Notes under the pieces: model-generated
Told to the model about the DNA's origin: nothing
Seen by the model: the letters and a program-made list of their open reading frames with translations, nothing else
Databases searched by the model: none
In this document: piece by piece, positions 41,989 to 54,703 of the stretch
Position numbering within the stretch: the first letter of the stretch is position 1
Layout of the letters: the number at the start of each line of letters is the position of its first letter
Program-made: the position numbers and the translations under genes
Origin: Eledone cirrhosa
Taxonomy: Eukaryota
Direction: 5' to 3'
Length of the DNA: 64,000 nt
Assembly: GCA_964016885.1 (NCBI GenBank)
Contig: OZ024743.1
Coordinates: forward strand, 230,888,001 to 230,952,000

Positions 41989-42882
41989 TCAGGTTATAAA
42001 TTGGGTGTTGAGTTCTAGTCTATTATTGATTGGTGGTTGTGTTTTATCTATAATTAGTGCTTCCTTAATTCTAAGATTGCCGAGGTTTCTTTCCTTAGTT
42101 TCTATCCTAACTGTTATGGTTTTGTCGGTGTTTTTGTATTTAACTAGGTGTTTCTTAAATGAGGAAGCGTTAGTATTGAGGTGTTCTTTTATTCTTATGT
42201 GGAGTGATCTGGTGGTGCTACCTACGTAGAAGTTGTTGCATTTGTCACACTCTAGTCTGTATACGACGTAAGCCTGGTGGCATAGGTCTGTGTCGTTGAT
42301 GGGGCAGTTGGCTAGTCTGCAGCAGTTGTCATGTCTGGTGGAGTGTCTTTTTGTTAGCTGTCCGCGTAGAGAAGGACCTGAGTGGGCCAGTTGGATATCT
42401 AGTCCCTCTCGTCTGATGGCTCTGCGGATGGCTGTTGTTCTTTCTTCACTGAAGTGTGGGAGCTTCAGGAAGCAAGTGTTAGTGCCTCGGGTGTGGTGTC
42501 CTCTGTTCTTTCTGGCACGGTTTGTGGTGGATGTTGTGTATCCGTTCAGTTTGAGTACTTCCAGGAAATGTGTGGTGTGTGTGTCTCGGTCTCTAGCGTC
42601 GGTGCATTTGTTCCGGATACGTGCCAGTTCGTTCCTTATGTATCCGAACTTGGAACCGAGTGGGAGGGCCGATCTGAAATGTACGAACAGGTCCCTGCTG
42701 GCGGCTTTTTTATAGAAGCAGGTGTGGATGTTGCCTTCCTCTGTTACCCTGAGTTGGAAGTCCAGTAGGGATAGGGATCCGCGTTCATCGGGGTGTTCCA
42801 TGCTGAACTTTATTCTGGCGTCCATGCTGGAGAATGTTGTGTATATTTTATCTGCCTCCTCACGGGATGATGTAAGGATGAG
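41989..42882 (-). pseudogene. Inverted copy of PLE RT thumb + GIY-YIG
   Basis: ORF 41989..42987 from ILTSS onward duplicates the C-terminal part of 42722..44608; its N-terminal residues are antisense read-through. Confidence 0.9.
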
Positions 42883-44608
42883 TATAGCCCCAAAACTCTC
42901 CAGGACACAACAACTCGCCCTGAAGAACCTACAGAATAGGGAACTTATATACTTACCATCCGACAATAGTAAAAGGTTTTGCGTCATCTCTCAAGCCACA
43001 TACAATAACCTAGCATTTGAACATCTAAGCGACAGTGAATTATACACAAAGATCCCGGACATGACTGCAGCCCAGATCGAAAAACAGACCAACTCCATTT
43101 GGTTCGATATCTGTAGGAGAAGACAATTCCCAAAAGAAGTTAAGCTCAACTACACCACTAGAAATAGCAGACTGCCCACTTTCTACCACCTCATCAAGAC
43201 CCACAAGAATAGTACTAAGACGCAAATAAGACCCATCGTCTCTAGCATAGAAGGACCCGTATACAAAATTTCCTGGGTCCTCTCCCAGGTCCTCAAGCCT
43301 CTACTCTCCACCTTTCCCGGGCATGTCAGTAGCTCCGACGAAGTTATACGTAGACTACACCAACTCCAGCCAGAACAACTTAAACTAAATAAATACGCTT
43401 TTAACCTCGACGTTGTCTCCCTCTACACTACAGTCCACGCTTATCCAGCTGTCGAGTTATTGACGGACTGCGTGGTCGCAGAGGACATCCACTGCTACGG
43501 CCTCCACCCGACGGACATACACCAGCTTTTGTCCTTCACAGTAGACAACACGTATTTCACCTTCCACCACCACACATACAGACAGACAACAGAATTACCC
43601 ATGGGATCCAGACTATCGGGCCTGCTGGCCATCACCTACATGAACCAGCTAGAATGCCGAGCCCTCAACGCCTGCCATTCCCATGCATTCTTCACCCGAT
43701 ATGTAGATGACATTCTCATCCTTACATCATCCTGTGAGGAGGCAGATAAAATATTCACAACATTCTCCAGCATGGACGCCAGAATAAAGTTCAGCATGGA
43801 ACACCCCGATGACCGCGCATCCCTATCCCTACTGGACTTCCAACTCAGGGTAACAGAGGAAGGCAACATCCACACCTGCTTCTATAAAAAAGCCGCCAGC
43901 AGGGACCTGTTCGTACATTTCAGATCGGCCCTCCCACTCGGTGCCAAGTTCGGATACATAAGGAACGAACTGGCACGTATCCGGAACAAATGCACCGACG
44001 CTAGAGACCGAGACACACACACCACACATTTCCTGGAAGTACTCAAACTGAACGGATACACGACATCCACCACAAACCGTGCCAGAAAGAAAAGAGGACA
44101 CCACACCCGAGGCACTAACACTTGCTTCCTGAAGCTCCCACACTTCAGTGAAGAAAGAACAATAGCCATCCGCAGAGCCATCAGACGAGAGGGACTAGAT
44201 ATCCAACTGGCCCACACAGGTCCTTCTCTACGCGGACAGCTAACAAAAAGACACTCCACCAGACATGACAACTGCTGCAGACTAGTCAACTGCCCCATCA
44301 ACGACACAGACCTATGCCACCAGGCTTACGTCGTATACAGACTAGAGTGTGACAAATGCAACAACTTCTACGTAGGTAGCACCACCAGACCACTCCACAT
44401 AAGAATAAAAGAACACCTCAATACTAACGCTTCCTCATTTAAGAAACACCTAGTTAAATGCAAAAACACCGACAAAACCATAACAGTTAGGATAGAAACT
44501 AAGGAAAGAAACCTCGGCAATCTTAGAATTAAGGAAGCACTAATTATAGATAAAACACAACCACCAATCAATAATAGACTAGAACTCAACACCCAATTTA
44601 TAACCTGA
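42883..44608 (+). CDS. PLE RT + GIY-YIG endonuclease, uninterrupted but 5'-truncated (in ORF 42722..44608, the first ~54 aa are antisense arm)
   Basis: PSDNSK, FYHLIKTHK, IRPIVS, LDVVSLYTTV, YRQ..LPMGS, RYVDD, LLDFQL, VVYRLECDKCNNFYVGSTTRPLHIRIKEH, IKEALII. Confidence 0.92.
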
Positions 44609-44981
44609 TAGGGCTTCTAGCCCCATATTTACACACACCCCACACACACACGCTTACACCTACACTTATTCTCTCTCACACATACACACACAAAACCAGT
44701 TCTAACACCAGATAACACCTATCCCCCACATTTACGAATAGACTTATCCTCTCACACTCACGCACACACACTCACATGCTTAAACCTTCATGCATTCTCC
44801 CACACACTTAAACAGGCATGTATACATAAAAAAAAAACCTAAACAAACCGCTTTTAAAGAGAGACTACTCTTTATCCACCTAATTTTAACTCTTTGACAT
44901 TAGAGATAGAACAGATACTCTATACTATTTCCTGTCAGCATGGCTTGGCAAGATATTTAGAACGCTGGTTTGAGACCTTTA

Positions 44982-45022
44982 GTTCCCTCTGAAGAAGAGA
45001 TATTATCTCGAAAATTAAGGAC
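44982..45022 (+). ncRNA. Minimal hammerhead with vestigial palindromic stem III
   Basis: GTtcCCT-CTGAAGA-aGAGATattATCTC-GAA-AATT-A-AGGAC. Confidence 0.6.
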
Positions 45023-45180
45023 ATTTAAATAAATCTAAGGTAAAAGACGAATTGTCAACAATATCTTTTGCAATTGCATTCTTTTTTCTATGTCCATACC
45101 TGCATTGTTTTGGCTTTATTATACATATTCAAACGTGTATACCTCATTACACAATGCTTCAAGTGAACTATAACCTCCTA

Positions 45181-45275
<95 letters not shown>

Positions 45276-45277
<2 letters not shown>

Positions 45278-47981
45278 GGAAAAATTTGAACAGGGACAAA
45301 ACAGAGAGGCAGTACAACAAGTGTTTATTAATTTCACGTTCTGGAGAGTGGGGTGTTGGCGGGGGACGACGTTTCGGTAAGCCCTTCCTCGGGTGGGAAG
45401 TGTGTGGGAACAGAGTTCAAAGGGTGTGTAGGGGAGTGGTGTAGATACATATAGCGAAAGGAAACGGTGCGAATGAAAAAATAAAAAATAAAGATAAAAA
45501 TAAAAATAAAGCATGATCAAAATACAAGGAATGAGATAAATTTAAAAATAAAGGCATGATTAAAATAAACTGAAATTAAAAGGGGGTTAAACAGCTGGAG
45601 GAAGGGTGTGGGGTGTGTAGGGGTGGTGGCGGGTGGAGTGGGGATAGGGAGACGGGGTGTCCGAGCGGGGAGGGCTGAAGGTGGTGTGTGTGTGTAGGTG
45701 TGCGTGTGTGTGTGTGTGTGTGTGTATGTGAAAGTAAGGGTTGGGGGAAGAACGGGGTTGCATGTTCAGGAAGAGGTGTGTGTGGGGGGAGTTTGTGGGT
45801 CGGAGTGTCTGTGCGTGTGTGGATAGAGGGGTGGGGGGAGAGGAATCAGGAGGCTGAGAGTGTAGATATGTGGTGGAAAGCACGTGTGTGGGGTTTAAGC
45901 GTGTTGTGGGTGTAGGTGGCGTGTGTGGACAAAAAAATGTTGGGGGTTGGTGTGTGGGTGAGTTATATAGGTGATTACGTAAGAGGATGGTTGAAACGTT
46001 GGTAAATTCCGAAGATGGTTAGTGGATTGGTGGCTGGTCAATTTCTGCGTGTGGGTATTCCATGAAGCGATGGTCGGAAGAGGAGAGATGTGGGGTGCGC
46101 GCGCAACAGGAAGTGGTCAGCAGTGGGAGTGCTGTGGTCTGTTTGTGCTGGGAGGTGGTCAGAGGGCATAGCAGCAGTCGGTGGAATGGTAAAGGGGCGA
46201 GGATGGGTAGGTGTGAAAGTTGGAGTGAGGAGGGTGTGTGTGTGTGTATTAGTAGGGGTGTTAGTGGGATGAGTGAGTGTTGAGCGAGGGTGTGGGTGGA
46301 GCGGGGAGAGAAGGGTGTGTGTGGTTCTATGGAGGGAGAGTGGTGTACTGGTGTGTGTGTAGTTTGATGAAGAGGTGTTAGTGGGTGTTAGTATACGGGA
46401 GGTGGGGAGGGGTTGAATGCAGGTGTGAGTGGGGGTTAGTGGTGGTAGGGTGTGTAGAGTTCGTGGTGTACGAGGGTGTGTGGGTACGTGTGCGTGGGGT
46501 TGGGGGGTGTTAGTGATGTTAGTTGCGTGTGGGGTGGGTGGTGTAAGTGGGTGCGTGTGTTCGTGTGCTTGGGGTTAGGGGGTGTTAGTTAGGTTAGTTG
46601 CGGGGTGGTGGGATGGAGGTGTGGGGGTAAGTGGTGTGGGGGTGAGGGTTAGTGGTGGTAGTAGGGTGTGTGTTTAGTGTGAGTGCGTGTATATATGTGC
46701 CGGTGGGTGTGTGCGTGTGATAAGGAGGAGGGAGGAGGAGAAGAGGGGAGGGAAGGGATGTTAGTATGTTAGTTGGGGAAGGGTGATCAGATGATGGGTG
46801 GAGTGGAGGTGTTAGTATTGTTAGTTGTGGGGTGGGCGGTGAAAAGGAGGGGTGTGTTAGTGGTGTTAGTGGGGGATAAGTGTTGGGGGAGGGGGCGGTC
46901 GAAGGCTAAAGGAATAAGGGTGGGGAGTTCAGGCCGGGGGGAGTGTGGGTCTGTAAGATGAAGATAGTTCGTTGTTCGTCCGTAAGGCGATTGGCGGGGG
47001 TTCCGTGGCACTGGAGTAGGCCACAGACTGTGAGATGGCGTGCGGAATGTCCAGGGCCACCGAAGTGGCGGGTGATGGGGGAACTGCCCCCGAGACGAAT
47101 ATCCCGGAGGTGCTCCGTGACTCGGTCCGCCAGGCGACGTCCCGTCTGTCCGACATAAGTCCGTAGACTAGGTTGGAGGAGGTGCAGCGGAAGGCATGCC
47201 GGACCGAGAAAGAGTGGCCGTTGGGACCCTGGAAGGTGGTGGTGTTGGTGATGTGGGGACGGGTGTTGCAGCGGGGCCTAGAACAGGGAAAGGAACCGGG
47301 GGTGGGAAACAGAGCGTGGGTTGGGGGTTAGGGAGCTGTGGACGAGGAGGGTGCGGAGATTGCGTGCGCGTTTGAAGGAGGGGAGTGTTGGGGTTGGGAA
47401 GATGTGGGAGGTGGAGGGGTCGTACTGGAGGTGTCGGAAGAGGCGGCGGATGGTGCGGTGGAGGGGTAAGGTGGAGGGGTCGTAGGTGATTGGGAAGGGG
47501 AGACGGTGGAGGGGTCGTAGGTGATTGGGAAGGGGAGACGGTGGGTGGGTGTGCGGTGGCGTGGGGTGAGGATGGTGGAGCGGGGTCAGCACGGGCGTGG
47601 GTGAGAGCGGTGTGGACGAGAGAGGGGGGTTACCTCTGCGGATGAAATGGCTGACTAGGGAAAGGGTCTGGGACTCAAAGTCAGCATCACGGCTACAGAG
47701 GCGGCGGATCCTGAGAAGTTGGGAGTAGGGAATGGAGTGTTTAGTGTGGGTGGGGTGGGAAGTGGTGAAGTTGAGGTAAGAGTGGGAGTCGGTGGGTTTG
47801 AAGAAGGCGGAGGTGACGAGGGAGTGGTGGGAGGGGTCGAAGGCGACGGAGATGTCTAAGAAGTGGACGTGGGTGGTGGAGATAGAGGTGGTGAAGTGGA
47901 GGGAGGGGTGGAAGGAGCAGAAGAAGGAGAGAAAGGAGTCGAGCTGTTCTCGGGTGAGGGTCGTGGCTCCGATACAGTCTT
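45276..47981 (-). mobile_element. Neptune-like PLE, 5'-truncated and decayed, with long C/A-rich 3' region
   Basis: DCIGAT..FHPSLHFT..VHFLDISV..FFKPTDSHSYL..SHP..KHSIPYSQLLRIRRLCS; PCSRPRCNT..CTSSNLVYG..YVGQTGRRLADRVTEHLRDI..HF..GH..EQRTIFILQTHTPPGLN. Confidence 0.9.
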
Positions 47982-48287
47982 CATATATATATATATATAT
48001 ATATACATACATACATATATATATATATAATCATATTTTTCAATCATATTCTTTTATACATACATATACATACATACATATACATACATATACACACATA
48101 AAGATACATAACTAAATATACATATATACACATACACGCACACACACGTGTATACACACACACACACATATACATATGTCCGTATATATACCCCTCCGTT
48201 CGCACATACATGCATACACACACACACATACACACATACATCTATATATATATACACATATAAAGAGAGAGGCATACACACACACAC

Positions 48288-48374
<87 letters not shown>

Positions 48375-48640
48375 CATACACATACATATACATATATGTA
48401 CACATAAACTCATACAGACACATACACACATACACATACAATAACACATACATATATATCCATATACATATATATACACACATACATATACACACACATA
48501 TATATATATATATACACATACATACACATACACATACACATACAAGTACATACATACACACATACATACATACACATACATGTACATACATACATATATA
48601 ATATATATATATACACATATACATACATACATATCTATCC

Positions 48641-48675
<35 letters not shown>

Positions 48676-48728
48676 TATACACAAACATACACATACATAC
48701 ATGTACATATACACATATATACACACAT

Positions 48729-48791
<63 letters not shown>

Positions 48792-48824
48792 CACACACAC
48801 ATACAAACATACACACATCCATAC

Positions 48825-48855
<31 letters not shown>

Positions 48856-48930
48856 TACACACACCCACATACATATATACCCACACGTACATACATCCAT
48901 ACATCCCTACACACATATATGTGTGTGTGT
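47982..48930. repeat. Cryptic (TA/CA/TACA) compound microsatellite
   Basis: Seen directly. Confidence 0.93.
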
Positions 48931-49383
48931 CTCACCGTTTACTCAGATATTCATGTGTATACATAAGAAGAGGGGGGGGGTAGTGAAATGGAATTTTACC
49001 TCCGAGTATTAATTCATTTTTTCGTGTTTAGTAGTGGTACCTACACCCATGCACTTATTAAAGGGGGAGAAAAGGAACCCCCACCACACCACAGACATGT
49101 TAAATCCCTATATATAGAACAACACACCACATACACATCAGTTTGACAAGCGCACCTCAGCGTGAAAGGTCTTTCTAAAAACGAAACAATACCTCCTACG
49201 TTAACCAAGAACTCCTAAGACCTAACCAACAACCAACAACTTAATTTTATAAAAAAAATTTTTTTAAGAAAAATTCTTGTTGGATTTTGTGAAGAAAATA
49301 AATTTGTTGAAAGCACCAGTGAAGCCATTCTTTCTTCCCCCCTATCTTAATATACCTAACTGTACCAAGGATTACACACATTT

Positions 49384-49513
<130 letters not shown>

Positions 49514-49686
49514 AAATATATATATATATACAATATATAGAGAGGAAAAACACAGGAGAGTGTGTCTTCCTTTACAGGAATTTCAAACAACCAGTGTGAA
49601 GAGAATATAATCTAATAGGGTTATAGGGAAAACATTAAAATTAAAAATATAAATTAAAATGTGAAACCAACCTCATACCTAAATCA

Positions 49687-49763
49687 CACATGTACAAACT
49701 CACCAGGAGATTGTTTCGCCATTTAGTGGGTTCCAATTCGGCCCAGTGGGTCATCAGCATGTG
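49687..49763 (-). ncRNA. Type I hammerhead, canonical core, in a short element 49536..49770
   Basis: CACATG-CTGATGA-(bulged 33-nt stem II)-GAA-ACAAtCTCctggtGAGtTTGT-A-CATGTG. Confidence 0.75.
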
Positions 49764-49774
49764 GAAAGACATTA

Positions 49775-50116
49775 TGCATATTCATGGCTGAGCAGCCGTT
49801 TATATGCATAAAGAAGTATATACTTTCAAACGTCCAATCGATTGAGAGGAAGGCATACGGTGCTGATGACAGCTAACAAGCTAGGAACTAGTTCATCGTT
49901 CCTTTGTCAGTGTTGAACAAAAGAGCAACTATGGTTGCCGAACACTCTACGGCTTAATTCGGGCTGTTTGTTTACAAACAAACCGAACATTATAATAAAT
50001 GTTCGGTAAACCCATACGTACATATATATATATATATGTGTGCATGTATGTATGAATATACATACTACTGTACGTCTGTATACATATATGTATGTACGTA
50101 TGCATACTTATATTAG

Positions 50117-50118
<2 letters not shown>
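49775..50118 (+). mobile_element. Second copy of the ~435-bp HHR unit; HHR at 49857..49899
   Basis: Reverse complement aligns with 10115..10410; ACGGTG-CTGATGA-cAGCTaacaAGCTa-GgA-ACTAGT-T-CATCGT. Confidence 0.75.
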
Positions 50119-50170
<52 letters not shown>

Positions 50171-50612
50171 CTAATACCACAAACTTGCATATTGCGCAAG
50201 TCGGATTGTTGATTTGGTATCACAGAAACCAATCGAGGTTGTTTATAATATCCTTCGATACGGACCATGTTTGTTATTTAACCTGATTGTATTTTCGTTG
50301 TTGTGTTGGCTTCTGTGGCTTTGTCACAGTTTTCAATTTGTCACGCTATTTAACGTTTGTTTATTACTCTAAGGTGTAACGTATTGATTTATCGATAAAT
50401 TCTTATAAAGTGCCTCGTGCAAGCTCCGAATTGTTTTTTTTTGGGGGGACGTTGGCCCACTGTCAAAATTTCGATTTAACTAACCTTCCACTCGTATATC
50501 TATCTATATATATATATATGTGTGTGTGTGTAAGTATATATATATGTGTGTGTGTGTATGTATATATTTACATAAACACATATAAACACACCCACAAACA
50601 CACATATATATA

Positions 50613-50710
<98 letters not shown>

Positions 50711-51023
50711 ATACATATATATATAGATATATACATATGTATATATATCTATAAATATATACATATATATATACCCTCATCCACTTATTTTCTTCCTTTC
50801 CCTACCAATCTCAGTTTCTCTCTAATTCTATGTCACCCTATTATGTATGTGTGTATTTATTTTTCAACGTAGGTAAAGGTTTATGTCTATATGGCAGAGG
50901 AATAATTTGAAAGAAATATGATCGTATTTGCCACTAATTGAATGTTCCTTAAAACAATGTAAATATTACTTGACACTAATCTGTTTAGTGCTGAATACCA
51001 GCGAAGAGTTAATACGTTTTACT

Positions 51024-51121
<98 letters not shown>

Positions 51122-51167
51122 GCACACACCACACACCCTAACACACAGACACGTATATATATATATA

Positions 51168-51336
51168 TATTTATTTATTAAAATAACAGATTAAAGTTTA
51201 AGCAAAGAATCGCTGCTTTCACCCTTAACGGGATCTTCTGAAACTTCTAAATATTTGCTCTACGGTTCTTATATATTTGATATATATTTATCCTTATCGA
51301 GCTCTCTTTGGATTTTAGGCTTCAAATTATTATTAT

Positions 51337-51340
<4 letters not shown>
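51168..51340. mobile_element. 266-bp HHR family copy with inverted 5' half; HHR at 51195..51245 on minus strand
   Basis: 51168..51245 is the reverse complement of 62650..62725; 51248..51340 matches 62718..62810 directly. Confidence 0.8.
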
Positions 51341-51375
<35 letters not shown>

Positions 51376-51494
51376 CATATATATACGATAGTGCTACAGT
51401 TTGATCATGTCGATTGAGAATTTCTTTACTAGTTTTATAGGTTTAGTTTGAATAGAGGAAAGGGACTTCACTTGTATATGATGCTAACAAGTAC

Positions 51495-51517
51495 ACGCAG
51501 AGCTTTCATCAGTGCGT
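51495..51517 (-). ncRNA. Hammerhead remnant lacking stem II
   Basis: ACGCA-CTGATGAAAGCTC-TGCGT: stem I, fused CUGAU/GAAA and palindromic AGCT remain. Confidence 0.45.
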
Positions 51518-52837
51518 ATATAGGTTGTCCAGGGTCATATTTATTGTTTCAATTATTGGCAAAATATTAAGAAACCTCCACTAATATGTGCCAAAAGTTA
51601 ACACACATATAAGTGTGCGTGACTCGAAATATAATAACAGCTATATGTCAACCATTGGGAGACTTATATCTGATGTTCATGGTTTTAAAACTCTCAAATT
51701 ACACTATACCTCGACTGCTAATCAAGTGACCAACACGCCGTCAGTGTAACCAGTGTATTTCAGAAGACGAAGCCTTGAATGTTTTATAATATTAAACACA
51801 AGATGTGAGAAAAACCACAACCCCTCCATCTCAATTCTACTGTTGAAAAGCATAGGAACTGTGAAACTGGTAAAGGAATCAAACAAATATTCTTTAAAAG
51901 ACTCCAGCTGCATTTTCGATTTCTCTTCCTTATACTTTCACTCGTGTAGGACGTCTCGTTTTTTTTATTTAAAAAAACCGTCAGTTTCTTATACATATAT
52001 ATATATCTGTGTGTGTGTGTGTATGCGTGTGTGTGCGTGTGTGTGTGGGGGGGGGTGTATCGAAGCTATCCTCCACCCCAGGAACATATTTGAAAGGGCA
52101 GCCGCCTAGTAGGACAGGATCGCTGTTTCATCAAAACTTTAATGATAAGATTCACTATGCAGCTGATGCATCCCCGCGAAACAGAAGCAGAAATAGATGG
52201 AGGAATCGTATCTGGCTCACAACCCCATTCTCATTGAGTGACAAGACTAATGTTTGTAAGAAATTTTGCGAGTTGAAAAACAAGTGTATCCCACCACAGT
52301 TCAAGTATAGTATGATGTTCAGCAGCCGTTCCTTCAAAACTAATTAATCATATGCCCCTTGCACCTTGCTGATTTCACTGATATCTTCAACACATAAATC
52401 CAAAAAGGTTAATTCAGTAAGAAGACGAAATGCTCAGGGGAACAGTATTATAACATAAAGTCAATTGCAAGCCCAACTAGGCAATGTAAGATATTGTGAT
52501 TTGGTCGAAGATAAGTTTCGACTCGCATGTTTCGGCTTTCAAATTCCTGAAATGAAATCGTCGACCACTACCGCTGAAAATGTATGAGCGTTGAAAGTCA
52601 AATGTTTACCCCATATAATATAATAGATAATATTGAAAAAGGTCAACTTTATAACAACGAATGGAAAAAGTGCTGTTCCAGCAAAGATGCCATAATTATC
52701 CAGCGTCTTAAATCAACTATAAAAGCTATATATTTCAGGCATATGTGAGTGTGTGTGTGGGTGTGTGAGTGTGTGTATACATGTTCATATCAACACAAAC
52801 GTGTTCATATATATGCATCAATCTATCTCTATCTCCT

Positions 52838-52883
<46 letters not shown>

Positions 52884-53574
52884 GGTGTGTTTGTATGTAT
52901 GTGTATGCGTGTGTGTGTGTGTGTGTCGCTGTATGTGTCCTTCGCACGCCAACAGATACAATTAAATATAAATTTCTCAGATTCTTCTGTGAATATCCTT
53001 GGTGATTTCCTTCCCTTGGTAAATGATATTATTTCATTTATTTATCCATTTATTTATGTATTTATTTTATTTTTCTACGATTATTTTCTGCGTTTTTCGT
53101 GGATTAAAATGAACCTTGTTAAAACTGCCTTCAATCCCCCTTTTTATTTGCTAAACTGTCATTTATAATCCCAAGGGATTATAAACTTTACAAAATATAC
53201 AAAAGAAAATGTTATTCATTATGGTAAGAAATAACCCTTGTCAAAAAGGAGGCGAATATTTAAAAATTTGCGAAATTGACAGCGTAATTGTATCCGACCT
53301 GACTTGAAAAATCTTCTTTCATATAAAAATAATGATAGTTAACAATCAATTATGTACAAAGGTTTCAGCACTTTCGCAGAATTTTCAGAGCATCAGACAA
53401 ATAAATTGGGGTGTTAGTTTAAGCTCTTTACGTTGTGAGATCGAATATCACCGAGATATATTTTGGTTTTATTATTCTGTGGTCGCTAAAATGAATTATC
53501 GGGAAAGTGGTGGACTCAATTTTGAAGACATTTCACTCATTGATGACGAAAGGTGAGAATAAGCCGGACGCTAT

Positions 53575-53720
53575 GTTTCTACCCTTGACACAAGGCAAGT
53601 AATTATGTCAGTGAATTACTGGTATTTTATGAATGGCAAAGTTAACCTCGGTGAGATTTCAACTCAGACCATAAAGCGCCGTAACTCTTTGCTACAAAGC
53701 ATAGCGTCCGACCATCTACC
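53575..53720 (-). mobile_element. tRNA-headed SINE (diverged)
   Basis: Reverse complement matches the family. Confidence 0.75.
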
Positions 53721-53759
53721 GATAGTGCTAATCCATCCGATCCATAATTCCGCAGGACA

Positions 53760-53900
53760 AAGGGTTTTAAATTTGACCGACTGGCTAGCTCAGATGTTCG
53801 CGCTCGTCGTCAGAGGTATGGTGGTGGAGGCTCAAACTTGCGCAATCCCGACGAGGGCCATACACGAAAAACTTCACATCATATTGAAGTGGGGCTCTGA
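53760..53900 (+). mobile_element. Tx1 RT fragment
   Basis: EAQTCAIPTRAIHEKLHII matches KAQTCAIPTRSVHDNLHLI at ~59320. Confidence 0.7.
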
Positions 53901-54573
53901 CAAATTTACGGCAACAGCGATGGTGTCGAATTAAAATTATATTTTTTTTATTTAATTAATAAGTTTATATACATTATTTAAGACCATAGCTAGAGATTCT
54001 CATACTATTAGCAGAAAAGCAATGTGGAAAATTGTATGAATTTAATAGAGTCGGTAGAAATTGCAGCCAAATTCTCTTGTAGACATATTCAAATTAAAGG
54101 CGCGTACATGGCTTTTTGGTCAAGAATTTCTCTTCGCAACCTGCTTCTGGGTTTGTGAAGAATTTAAATATTACTTTGAGCAGATTGTGTCACCATATAG
54201 AAGTCTTTTTTATGCCTTACTCAACTGAATGTACGCATTTTCGATGAAACCGCTGAATTGTCCTGTCTATTTCTCATTCTTCAATTAATATACACAGTGG
54301 CGCTCTTTGTCAACAAACGAACATCAACACCATACTGAGGTTGGTTATATCAACAACACAATTCACCTATATACCACTCTGCAGGATTCAATATATATGG
54401 TCTGCAATATATATGGTCTGCATTTACATTTCATTGTGGAAACAAACATAAAACAATATTTGCTCCGAATAATTAAATGTTGACAACGTAAGTGACGGTA
54501 ATTCACTTAATGATATTTTGCTACATCATTAATGAAATACATTTCCGAAGATTAGAGTAAAGCCATGACGCAC

Positions 54574-54703
<130 letters not shown>

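Larger units (their letters stand above)
41441..45182 (+). mobile_element. Penelope-like element (YVDD type), inverted dimer (short arm 41441..42882 minus; long arm 42883..45182 plus)
   Basis: 41443..42882 is the reverse complement of 43715..45135; TA flanks. Confidence 0.95.

Noticed and set aside
42722-42882. Apparent N-terminus of the 628-aa ORF
   Set aside because: Antisense sequence of the inverted arm, so the element is not full length
45364-45395. Functional hammerhead in the Neptune-like element
   Set aside because: CCGAGGA, stem II and GAAAC are present but no stem I pairing was found
48054-49012. Long 260-290 aa ORFs
   Set aside because: Cryptic TA/CA repeat, open in several frames on both strands
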